From the NCBI GenBank assembly GCA_016212475.1, contig JACRGC010000005.1:157-64156 (forward strand): 64,000 nt of DNA. The letters are read 5' to 3'. The notes under the pieces are model-generated. The model was not told the DNA's origin. It did not search any database and worked only from the letters and a program-made list of their open reading frames with translations. Of this stretch, positions 19,556-28,558 are shown in pieces. The stretch comes from Candidatus Micrarchaeota archaeon. Lineage in GTDB: Archaea; Micrarchaeota; Micrarchaeia; Norongarragalinales; SBBD01. Made by a program: the position numbers and the translations under genes. How positions within the stretch are numbered: the first letter of the stretch is position 1; each line of letters begins with the position of its first letter.

Positions 19556-20011
19556 TTATTTTTTCGAACTACGCTTAAAAGCCGAATTTACAAGCCAGTC
19601 CCTATTTGAGCGCTCTCCGGGCCTTTGTCTCCTTTCGAAATATTTGTCGATGGCCATTTTACACATAGATAGATTGGGATCGATTTTTGATTCAAGACCC
19701 AGTAAGGAATAATTTGCATCCGCATATTCGTGTATTGAATGCAATAATTTTTTCGCCTTGGTTACACTACTTAGCATCATAATGTTTTTTCCAGATTCGT
19801 CGGATCCATGAGGGTTTGTTATGCTATATTCAAAATGAAGCTCTGCAGGATTTCCCTTGTCTGCAAGCGGAATGATATGAAAAGTATATTTTGATTTTAT
19901 GGCAGGACCCATCGCGCGTTTGACTACTCCAAAAAACGCATGATCCTTTATGGTTGCGGGTTTTTCTTCTGCAGTTCTGTATCGTTTTTCTTCCTGTGGC
20001 ATAAATTTCAC
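19556..20011 (-). CDS. Hypothetical protein
   Basis: 151-aa ORF that fills the gap between convergent genes. No recognizable motif. Confidence 0.3.
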   Translation of the reverse strand: MKFMPQEEKRYRTAEEKPATIKDHAFFGVVKRAMGPAIKSKYTFHIIPLADKGNPAELHFEYSITNPHGSDESGKNIMMLSSVTKAKKLLHSIHEYADANYSLLGLESKIDPNLSMCKMAIDKYFERRQRPGERSNRDWLVNSAFKRSSKK

Positions 20012-20045
20012 CTTTCTTATTCTTCATTGATAAATTTTATAAATA

Positions 20046-21107
20046 CTAGGCGCAGCACCTAAAGCCGGTATTCAGATTTCCCTCGAGCGGAACCCCGACT
20101 TGGAATGCAAAGCAGCCGGCTTGCCTATTAGACCTATAATAGCCGCCCCGCGCAATCCCTTTTCCGATGAACCGGTTTTGGTCGGGCTCGATGTTGAAAT
20201 AATAATCGCCTCCGTGCTTTTCGGTCTCCTCGCTAAATTGCCTTGGGAGCACATAACTTGCGCCTGCACTTAGTATGTCGTCACGATCAACTAGGCCTTC
20301 TGCAATTGGGGTTTTGTCCGTAACTGAATCTGAAACCCACTCCCAGAAATTCCCAATCAAATCATGCACGCCTTCCTTTGAAACGCAAGAAGTTGGATAG
20401 CCTGCTGGAACATATGAACTATTTTGAATTGCACAGTTGGTATCGCCAACAGTGGGGCCGTATTTAACCCCCTTTATGTTGCATGCAGCTGTGAATTCAT
20501 CCGATGTGCAAAGCCGTTTTCCGGAATTTTCACAAGCTTTTTGGGCCTCCGCCCTGGAAATTCCGCTAGCAGGTACGGAATTGGATTGCGAAACCGCTTT
20601 TCCTGAAACTATGGTTGCCTCAAAATTATCAATGCAAACATCCGCATCGGGAATGTAAGTTGAGCTTCCAACGCATTGCTTATGATCGGTTGTAAACTTC
20701 AAATCCGGGCTTTTGATGCAAACATCCCCAATGCAAGCAGATATCCGGTAATGATAGGCGGTTAGGAATTTCAGATTTGTAATTTGGAATTTATGGGAAG
20801 TCGAGTTGTCCTTTTGTGCAACGATATTGCCGTATTTGTCAGTTTCATCCCATTCAATGACTGAATCTGTGCGAAGTGAGGTGCCCCAAATGATTGTTGC
20901 GGTTACATTCGATACGTTGACAATTGGGAAAACCGTGAAATTGATCGGGTTGGCCGGCGGGATTTTGGATGGGATTGGGGATGGGGAAGTTTGCGGCAAA
21001 AGAATTGATTGTGATGGCTTAGGAGTTGGCTTGGCAGCCGGCTTATCCTCAGTGCACCCGAATAATAGGAGGGTTGAAATCAATAGCAAAAACAGCAATT
21101 TGTTCAT
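20046..21107 (-). CDS. Lipoprotein with FN3-like domain and C-terminal FGE-sulfatase (formylglycine-generating-enzyme-like) domain
   Basis: Lipobox LLLFGC, Pro/Thr-rich linker, and FGE-domain motifs HDLIGNFWEWVSD and RGGYYRS...GFRCC. Confidence 0.55.
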   Translation of the reverse strand: MNKLLFLLLISTLLLFGCTEDKPAAKPTPKPSQSILLPQTSPSPIPSKIPPANPINFTVFPIVNVSNVTATIIWGTSLRTDSVIEWDETDKYGNIVAQKDNSTSHKFQITNLKFLTAYHYRISACIGDVCIKSPDLKFTTDHKQCVGSSTYIPDADVCIDNFEATIVSGKAVSQSNSVPASGISRAEAQKACENSGKRLCTSDEFTAACNIKGVKYGPTVGDTNCAIQNSSYVPAGYPTSCVSKEGVHDLIGNFWEWVSDSVTDKTPIAEGLVDRDDILSAGASYVLPRQFSEETEKHGGDYYFNIEPDQNRFIGKGIARGGYYRSNRQAGCFAFQVGVPLEGNLNTGFRCCA

Positions 21108-21307
21108 ATGAGAAAAGAATGCGGTTTTGGAATAAAAAGAGGTAGGATAAGGCCAGCTTGCTAAAAAAATAAATGCAGGAATTCCGGCGAGAATTTGGAA
21201 TTGATGGTTGCGGCTAGGGTAAAAAAAATTTTGGAAAATTAGGCCTTAAAAAAAATTGAGAAAAACAATAAAAAAACAGAATTATTGAAAAAAAGAAAAA
21301 AATGAAC

Positions 21308-24300
21308 TTAACCTTCCGCCTTCATTACGACCTTGATAAGCCCAGTTCCGCAAGGGATTGTCTGCCCGATGATGATGTTTTCGGTAATCCCGCGAAGTTC
21401 GTCCTTTTCGCCTATGATGCAGGCATGGATCAAATGCTTTGCGGTTTCTTCAAATGCGGCCCTTGCAAGCACGGATGCTTTTTCCCCGGCAAGCCCGTGC
21501 CGGCCTATGCTCTTGACAGAGCCCTTGTAGGTCATGGTATCTGCAATGAGCGCAATATGGCGCATATCGACCTTTAGGTCCTGCGCTTCCATGACCTTGT
21601 TGATTTCAGAAACAATTGCATTCCGTCCAGCCTCTATTCCAAGCACGCGGTTGACTTCCATGATATCGTTAGTTGTTGTTCTCGATGCATCAACTTCTGG
21701 TATTTGCATGACCTGCTCAAGGTTGGATCCTTCGGTTGCAATCGAGTGCGTTCCATCCTCGTTTGTTATGATGATTGCCCTATTGACTCCGGTAATCCCC
21801 TTCAGGACGATTTCAGAAAGCTTCGTAGTTGTTTTCCTAATCATCTTAAGCGTATCTTGCTTTGGAATGACCATGATCGTATCTCCGCGCTTTTCATAGT
21901 CGGCAACAGCCTTGATTGCCTTGATCACTTCCTCCTCATCAAGCTTTATTTGCTTCATTTTCTCCTTGTTCATTATGATCTTGATGCGCTTTGCCTCAAA
22001 ATCCTCCCGAATTTCAGCAATTTTTGAAAATTCGACCTGCTCGATGCTGGCTGCAATTGCGGCTACTTTTTTGTAATCTTTTGCAAACTCGGGCTTTAGC
22101 ACGATATCCATGACCGGATTCTTTGGCGATTTGCGGGCGTCCACAAGTTCTACAAGCCTTGTAAATCCAAGCTGCGCAAGCGATGCAACTCCGGCGTAGT
22201 GGAAAGTCCTAAGCGTCATTTGTGTTCCGGGTTCGCCAATTGATTGGGCGGCAACCACTCCAACAGGCTCTCCATATGTGATTTTTGCCCCCATTGAATC
22301 GTATCCATCGCCGTAAAAGAACTGCGCGATGTTGCCCTCGGCATCCCTAACGGAAATGTCCTCGTTTACAATCAGGTCTTGAAGCGCATTGATAAGCCTT
22401 CTTTGCATGTAACCTGTCTTTGCAGGGTTGACTCCCTTATCTACGACGGAATCCCTTCCTCCAGCGGCATGGAAGAAATATTCAATTGGATCCATGCCGA
22501 TCTTGTAATTATTCGAGACAAATCCTTTTGCATACGCTGAAAGATCCCCTTTCCGAAAGTGCGACAAGATGCGATGATTGTATCCGGAGGTCATTCTCTT
22601 TCCACGGATTGCCTGCTGCCCAACTATTGCTGCCATCTGGACTACGTTTAGGAGTTTTCCTTTTGCACCCGCCTTGCTCATCATGATTGCAGGATTTTGA
22701 TGCACTTCGATATCCCCAAAAAGCATTTTTTCCTTGTGGACGTATTTCAGAATGATTTTTCCGCATTTTTCCCTTGTCTCTTCAAGGATGTTCATCATCT
22801 TTTCCTCGAATGTGTCCTTGAGGGTCTTGCCAGGCTGCCTAAGCAGCTTGCCATCCTTTAATTGATGCACAAGGATTTTCTGGTTGTTCCTGCTCTCCTT
22901 TAGAACTTCCTTTATGTCCTTTTTGGCCTCGATTGGAAGATCGTAATCCACCAAGCTTAAGGAAAGCCCGTAATGGCTAAGAATCTGCAGGGCAATTTTT
23001 GTAGATGCGTCAATGAATTTTTGCGCTTCTGTTGACCCGTATTTTTCAAAAATTTCCTTTGTTATTGCATCGGAGGTCTTGCTGTCGACGTGGCCGTTGA
23101 TCAGCTTTGAATTCTTGATTTCAACTTGCTCTTTTACCTTGTTTGTGAATGTGAAATTGAATTTTTCAGGAAGGAGGAGGGAAAATAATTCGCGCCCGGA
23201 AAGATCGCCCTTGACTTCTGATTCAATTCCAGCTGCATTCAAAAGCTCGCATGACTCTCCCTTCGAAAAAGTAACTCCCGGAAGAGAAAGCAAATAAAGC
23301 CCGGAGATTTGATCCAGATCCGGGGCAATGATGGGTTCGCCGTTCCTTGGCGAGAGCACTTGGTCTTGGACTTTCATGAGTATTTCAGCTTCGGCCTGCG
23401 CCTCCTCGTTTTGCGGGACGTGGAGGTTCATTTCATCCCCATCAAAATCCGCATTGTATGGCTTGCAATCCGCAACATTGAACCTGAAGGTTTTGCCCGG
23501 AAGCACCTTTACGGTGTGGGACATCATTGAAATCCTGTGAAGCGAAGGCTGCCTGTTGAAAATTACAGTATCGCCGTTCATGAGCTGCCTTTCGAGGGTG
23601 TAGCCAACGCCTATTTCGCCAAGCACTTCTTCGATATTTGCTTTTGTAACCCTCTTCCTTCTGCCATCGGGCCTAATCACGTAATTGATTTTTTCCGTGT
23701 GATCCTTGATTAAATCCTTGACATAATCCATGTTCCATTCATTTACGGTTAATGGAAGCGTAAGCTCGGCTGCAATGCTTTCCGGAACTCCAAGCTCGTT
23801 GATCCCAAGGGTCGGATCCGGCGAAATTACAGTCCTTGCTGAAAAGTTTACACGCTTTCCCGATAAGTTGTACCTGAACCTGCCTTCCTTTCCTTTTAGC
23901 CTTTGGAAAAGTGTTTTAAGCTGCCTGCCGGACCTGTGCCGAGCCGGTGGAATTCCAGCTGTTTCATTATCATAGTAAGTTACAATGTGGTATTGCAAAA
24001 GTTCCCACAAATCCTCAATGATTAATTGCGGAGCTCCAGCGTCAATATTTTCAGCAAGCCTTTGGTTGATTCTGATAATATCTACAAGCTTGTGGGTCAA
24101 ATCATCTTCCGACCTTTCTCCGGTTTCAAGTGTGATTGAAGGCCTAACAGAAACAGGAGGCACAAGCAAAACAGTTAAAACAATCCACTCCGGCCTAAAT
24201 GATACGCCAAGTGTTTGAAGCACATCATCAGAAACCCTCTCAAGCCTTTCACGGATTTCAGATGGCAAAAGTTTCCTTTCCTCCTCGTAAAATGAGGTTG

Positions 24301-24697
24301 GCCTAACGAATTTGATTTGCTTTTGCTTTTCCTCGCAGTGAGGGCAGGCGGCAACCCTTTTTGCCTTGTCTAGCGAATCAATTTCCAAAAGAAGTTTTCC
24401 GCACCTTGAGCAGGTTGCCTTCAAAAGCTGGTAGACCATTTTTCCAAATCCAACATGGACAACCGGCCGAACAAGTTCGATGTGGCCAAAGTGCCCGCTG
24501 CACGATTTCATCCTTCCTCCGCAGGTTTTGCACTTAAGCCCAGGATCAATTACCCCAAGGTGCTGATCGGCAAGTCCGGCAGCAATTGGATAGCCATCCT
24601 CATCGTATGTGTCCGGGACTGTGATTTTAACCGATGAGAGCTTCCTTACGTTCTCAGGGGAGTAAATCGAAAATTCAATGCTTTCTACTACTTTCAT
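21308..24697 (-). CDS. rpoA: DNA-directed RNA polymerase subunit A. A' and A'' regions appear fused in one 1129-aa reading frame.
   Basis: N-terminal zinc-binding clamp motifs, NADFDGDEMNLHVPQ, bridge helix AKTGYMQRRLINALQDL. The frame continues directly into the A''-type trigger loop AAQSIGEPGTQMTLRTFHYAGVAS with no stop. Confidence 0.85.
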   Translation of the reverse strand: MKVVESIEFSIYSPENVRKLSSVKITVPDTYDEDGYPIAAGLADQHLGVIDPGLKCKTCGGRMKSCSGHFGHIELVRPVVHVGFGKMVYQLLKATCSRCGKLLLEIDSLDKAKRVAACPHCEEKQKQIKFVRPTSFYEEERKLLPSEIRERLERVSDDVLQTLGVSFRPEWIVLTVLLVPPVSVRPSITLETGERSEDDLTHKLVDIIRINQRLAENIDAGAPQLIIEDLWELLQYHIVTYYDNETAGIPPARHRSGRQLKTLFQRLKGKEGRFRYNLSGKRVNFSARTVISPDPTLGINELGVPESIAAELTLPLTVNEWNMDYVKDLIKDHTEKINYVIRPDGRRKRVTKANIEEVLGEIGVGYTLERQLMNGDTVIFNRQPSLHRISMMSHTVKVLPGKTFRFNVADCKPYNADFDGDEMNLHVPQNEEAQAEAEILMKVQDQVLSPRNGEPIIAPDLDQISGLYLLSLPGVTFSKGESCELLNAAGIESEVKGDLSGRELFSLLLPEKFNFTFTNKVKEQVEIKNSKLINGHVDSKTSDAITKEIFEKYGSTEAQKFIDASTKIALQILSHYGLSLSLVDYDLPIEAKKDIKEVLKESRNNQKILVHQLKDGKLLRQPGKTLKDTFEEKMMNILEETREKCGKIILKYVHKEKMLFGDIEVHQNPAIMMSKAGAKGKLLNVVQMAAIVGQQAIRGKRMTSGYNHRILSHFRKGDLSAYAKGFVSNNYKIGMDPIEYFFHAAGGRDSVVDKGVNPAKTGYMQRRLINALQDLIVNEDISVRDAEGNIAQFFYGDGYDSMGAKITYGEPVGVVAAQSIGEPGTQMTLRTFHYAGVASLAQLGFTRLVELVDARKSPKNPVMDIVLKPEFAKDYKKVAAIAASIEQVEFSKIAEIREDFEAKRIKIIMNKEKMKQIKLDEEEVIKAIKAVADYEKRGDTIMVIPKQDTLKMIRKTTTKLSEIVLKGITGVNRAIIITNEDGTHSIATEGSNLEQVMQIPEVDASRTTTNDIMEVNRVLGIEAGRNAIVSEINKVMEAQDLKVDMRHIALIADTMTYKGSVKSIGRHGLAGEKASVLARAAFEETAKHLIHACIIGEKDELRGITENIIIGQTIPCGTGLIKVVMKAEG

Positions 24698-24773
24698 TTT
24701 TATCAGCTCTAAATTTTGGTTGGAATTTTATCCCATAATTCATGCGTTTGCTTTAGCCTTTATCCTTAAGATT

Positions 24774-24823
24774 GACACCTTTAGGAAACCAAGGTTTCCT
24801 ACTCGTGTCGCCCCTACCTTCCT
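24774..24823. repeat. Conserved structured intergenic element, copy A (stem GACAC/GTGTC enclosing hairpin GGAAACC-AA-GGTTTCC, then GCCCCTACCTTCC)
   Basis: Near-identical to the copies at 45363 and 46977. It lies between rpoB' and rpoA. Confidence 0.6.
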
Positions 24824-24833
24824 TTTTCAAATA

Positions 24834-26651
24834 TTATCCTTTATCCTTCAAGTTTAGTTTGGGGTTGATTCCAATTGATTTCATTTCATCCAACAGCAAT
24901 TTGAATGCATAGCTCATTTCGACTTCTGAAATGGCGGTGCTTTCGCAAATTGGGCAATACGTCTTGTTCTTGAGCTTGTCAAATACTCCGGCGGATCCGC
25001 ATTTGTTGCAGATAAGTTCGGTTGTCTTATCCGAGCTTTCAATCATTCTTTCCTTTAGAAGTGATGATGCCCCAAAGCCAATAAAGCAATCCCGCTCCAT
25101 CTCCCCAAGCCTAAGCCCTCCTTCCCTAGCCCGCCCTTCAGTTGGCTGGTGCGTAAGCATCTGGACTGGCCCTCTGCTCCTTGCATGGATCTTAAGCCCA
25201 ACCAAGTGGTGCAGCCTTTGGTAGTAAATAACTCCTGTGAAAATTTTAGCGCTCATGATCCGTCCGGAATATCCATCGTACAAATATTCATGGCCTGATG
25301 GCTCAAATCCGTATTTTGAAAGGATTGCCTCGTAATCATCCTGCGAATCTCCTGTAAACGAAGTTCCATCCCTGATTGTTCCTTCCATGCAAGCTGCTTT
25401 TCCGCCAAGCATCTCAAGAAGATGCCCAGCAGTCATCCTTCCAGGGATTGCATGCGGGTTTATGATCAGATCCGGAACAACTCCTTGCTTTGTAAATGGC
25501 ATATCCTCCTGGTTGACTAAAAGCGCAACAATTCCCTTTTGCCCATACCTTGATGAGAACTTATCGCCAATTTCTGGAATGTTTGTTTTTCTAACCCTAA
25601 CCTTGACGAATCTGTTTCCGGCAATGCTTTCGGAAACCATGACGGAATCAACTATCCCATCCTCGTTGCTTCGAACTGTAACCGAGCTTTCCCTTCTTTT
25701 TTCAACCTCGACATCAAGAGCTGAAATTTCCTTCAAAAATCTTGGAGGGGATGTTTTTCCAATCAAAACTGAATCGCCAGGAACGTATACTTCAGGTGAA
25801 ATTAATCCATCAGTTTCAATGTTTTGGTAGGTTTCTTCGCCCAAATATCCCTGCACATACTCCGGAGGCACTTCAAACTTGTCCTTTTGCCCGCCAGGGT
25901 ACCTGCGCTCTTCTGCGTTGTAGGTTCTAAAGAATGCGCTTCTGCCAAGCGTCCTATCAACTGCCTGCTTGTTTATGATGATCGCATCGTTCATGTTAAA
26001 GCCGTAGTAGCTAAGAACTGCGACAACGAAATTTTGGCCTGCTGCGCGCTTGTAATTTTGGAGGTTTTCGTAAATCCTTGTTTGGACAAGGGGCCGCTGC
26101 GGGTAAAATAAAACGTAACCTCTTGTTTCACCGCGGAGGTTGAAATTAGCAGTGTAAAGACCAAGTGCTTGCTTTGCGTGCTGGGATGCCATCAAAACCC
26201 TTGGAGCCATGTTATGTTCAAGGAATGGGATTTGGTTTGAAACATACCCAAGCATTCCAATTACATCTACTTCCATATGGGTGTGAAGTGGCGTTAGATC
26301 CTCTTCTTTTAGTGCAACAAGCGCGTTTTCCTCTTCTTCGGCATCCAAATAATCAATCAAGCCTTTAGAAACCAAATCCTTGAATTGGATTTGGCCGTTC
26401 CTAAGTTTTTCGATGTGCTCTGGAAGGATTGCGCATTTCCCATTCTTTACAACGATTAATGGCCTTCGCGCCCTGCCTTCGTCGGTGTTTATGAATAATT
26501 CATTGGTTTTTTCGTAAAAAGAAACGTTTGTTTGCTGGTCGATTTCGCCCTTCCTTCGCTTGTCGCGGATTTCATCTGCAAGCTTTCCGCCATTTTCATG
26601 GAAACCAACAAACCTTCCATTCAAAAAAATTGAGCTTTTCATAATTATCAC
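24834..26651 (-). CDS. rpoB1: RNA polymerase subunit B' (C-terminal half of B; Rpo2C)
   Basis: 605 aa ending in the zinc ribbon CNKCGS..CPICES. Contains GDKFSSRYGQKG and other Rpb2 C-terminal motifs. Confidence 0.9.
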   Translation of the reverse strand: MIIMKSSIFLNGRFVGFHENGGKLADEIRDKRRKGEIDQQTNVSFYEKTNELFINTDEGRARRPLIVVKNGKCAILPEHIEKLRNGQIQFKDLVSKGLIDYLDAEEEENALVALKEEDLTPLHTHMEVDVIGMLGYVSNQIPFLEHNMAPRVLMASQHAKQALGLYTANFNLRGETRGYVLFYPQRPLVQTRIYENLQNYKRAAGQNFVVAVLSYYGFNMNDAIIINKQAVDRTLGRSAFFRTYNAEERRYPGGQKDKFEVPPEYVQGYLGEETYQNIETDGLISPEVYVPGDSVLIGKTSPPRFLKEISALDVEVEKRRESSVTVRSNEDGIVDSVMVSESIAGNRFVKVRVRKTNIPEIGDKFSSRYGQKGIVALLVNQEDMPFTKQGVVPDLIINPHAIPGRMTAGHLLEMLGGKAACMEGTIRDGTSFTGDSQDDYEAILSKYGFEPSGHEYLYDGYSGRIMSAKIFTGVIYYQRLHHLVGLKIHARSRGPVQMLTHQPTEGRAREGGLRLGEMERDCFIGFGASSLLKERMIESSDKTTELICNKCGSAGVFDKLKNKTYCPICESTAISEVEMSYAFKLLLDEMKSIGINPKLNLKDKG

Positions 26652-26658
26652 AAAAAAT

Positions 26659-28128
26659 CTAAATTTGCATGGTCACTCCTAGGTTCCTAAGGGATTTCTC
26701 AACGGATTTCTCCTCCGAGCCGGATGTGATTTCGCAGAAAATTGAAAGTGATTTGATAAGACCGCAATTTGGCCCTTCAGGGGTTTCGTTAGGATCGAGC
26801 CTTCCAAAGTGCGTGCCATGAAGATCCCTTGCCTTGTGGTGCGGATGCTTCTTTGCAAGCGGCGAAATAACCCTTCGCATGAATGCAATTGATGAAACGA
26901 AATTGTACCTATCAAGCGGCTGGCAAACTCCAGTGTGGCCGCCCATCCAGTTGCCAGTTGCCATGGAATACTTGATCCTTTCGGTTAGGGCGTCTGGCCG
27001 AACAATTGTGAATAGGGTCATTTTCCTCCTTCGGATGTTTGCCCGCTCCAATTGGTAGGCAACATCCTTCACGAAGAATTGGAATGCGTACCTAAATAGC
27101 TCTTCCATTAATTTTCCGGTGATCTTGATCCTCTTGTTTGCGTAGTGATCCTTATCTTCCGGTTTCCTTTTTCTGTAAGCTGTCAGGACTGCTCGCTCTG
27201 CCATCCTGCATAGGTAGTAAGCTTTAGCAAGCCTATCTTTTTCCTCAACTCCGATGTGAGGAAGCAAATAGCGATCGATTAGAAGTTCTGATCTTTTCAG
27301 CTGGTAATCAACCGGCTGCCCGGGAGCCGCCCTTTTGCCAATTGCTTCAAGCGCATCCTTCTTGGTTTTGATTTCAGCTTCGGCTTCCCAATTGAGAAGC
27401 AGATCATTTACTATGAATGGGGTATCTGAAAATGCAGCGTAAATTTTTTCCTGCTTGTCAAGGCCAAGCGCTTTTAATAGAACTAAAAGCTCGATTGATT
27501 TGTTGAATGATGGAAGCGTAACCGAAAGCTTTCCTTCTTTTGTTCGATCAACCGTGATCCTTCCCCTAAACCCAAGCCTAGTTGAGAATACTTTTGCCTG
27601 GATTAGGTCTTTTTCCTTTTCCCTTGAAACAAATATTCTGTTTGGCGCAAGATCTTCAATTGAAATCAATGCTTTTTCGGTTCCATTGATGATGAAATAC
27701 CCGCACGGATCAAGTGGATCTTCCCCTGCAGCTAGGAGTTCATCCCTATTCATTTGTGAAAGATAGCAAACCTTTGATTTGAGCATGACTGGAATTTCTC
27801 CAATGAATACGGTTTCAGTCCTTCCTTCAGAGCCTGAAAACAGGGGGGTAATTTCTAGAAATAGTGGAGCGGTATATGAAAGGTCGCGAAGCCTTGCCTC
27901 TTGGGGGTAAAGGACGCGCCTTGTTCCATCTGCCTCGGTAACTGATGGCTGGCCGACGGTGATTTTTCCCAATTTAAGCACTAGATTTTCAACTTGCGGC
28001 TCGATTGATTTTTGCGAATCAACTACCATTTGAAGGCCGCCTTCCAAAAACTTGTTATAAGAGTCGATGAATTGCTTCATCATGGAGCTCTCATTCAGAT
28101 AGCTTTTTGTAAGTTCGGCAGTTTCCAT
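26659..28128 (-). CDS. rpoB2: RNA polymerase subunit B'' (N-terminal half of B; Rpo2N)
   Basis: 489 aa with Rpb2 N-terminal protrusion/lobe/fork regions. Lies 7 nt upstream of B'. Confidence 0.9.
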   Translation of the reverse strand: METAELTKSYLNESSMMKQFIDSYNKFLEGGLQMVVDSQKSIEPQVENLVLKLGKITVGQPSVTEADGTRRVLYPQEARLRDLSYTAPLFLEITPLFSGSEGRTETVFIGEIPVMLKSKVCYLSQMNRDELLAAGEDPLDPCGYFIINGTEKALISIEDLAPNRIFVSREKEKDLIQAKVFSTRLGFRGRITVDRTKEGKLSVTLPSFNKSIELLVLLKALGLDKQEKIYAAFSDTPFIVNDLLLNWEAEAEIKTKKDALEAIGKRAAPGQPVDYQLKRSELLIDRYLLPHIGVEEKDRLAKAYYLCRMAERAVLTAYRKRKPEDKDHYANKRIKITGKLMEELFRYAFQFFVKDVAYQLERANIRRRKMTLFTIVRPDALTERIKYSMATGNWMGGHTGVCQPLDRYNFVSSIAFMRRVISPLAKKHPHHKARDLHGTHFGRLDPNETPEGPNCGLIKSLSIFCEITSGSEEKSVEKSLRNLGVTMQI

Positions 28129-28182
28129 AAAAATTCAACTTTTAAGTTCAATAAACTACGGATTTGATCGGCAAATATGCAT

Positions 28183-28413
28183 TTAATCGATAACTATGCG
28201 GTAATAGATGTCTTTTTCCCCACGCTGGATCCTTATGACATCCCCAATTTTTGCGCCTAGTTGCTTTGCAACGGGATCTTCAGATAAGATTAATGGCAAA
28301 TTTTCCTTGGTTATCTTGAATTTTAGAAGCATTTGCGTAATTTCCTCCTCGGAAGCTATCGAGTGTTTCGGCAAAAATATATGGCTAAAATTAGTATCCA
28401 TAGTAACGACCAA
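28183..28413 (-). CDS. rpoH: RNA polymerase subunit H (Rpb5 C-terminal domain homologue)
   Basis: 76 aa. ..HIFLPKHSIASEEE..PLILSEDPVAKQLGAKIGDVIRIQR.. is the typical RpoH sequence. Operon order is rpoH-B''-B'-A. Confidence 0.85.
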   Translation of the reverse strand: MVVTMDTNFSHIFLPKHSIASEEEITQMLLKFKITKENLPLILSEDPVAKQLGAKIGDVIRIQRGEKDIYYRIVID

Positions 28414-28558
28414 CAGCTAAAGAATAGACTAAGCCCCTTCAAGAGGTAATACTTGCACAAGTGAAATTTATAAGCCTTTCCATTGGTTCAAAGATTTACG
28501 TATGAAAAGAACGATTTTACTTGGGAACAAAATAATGGAATTACGGCTATTTTTTGCA

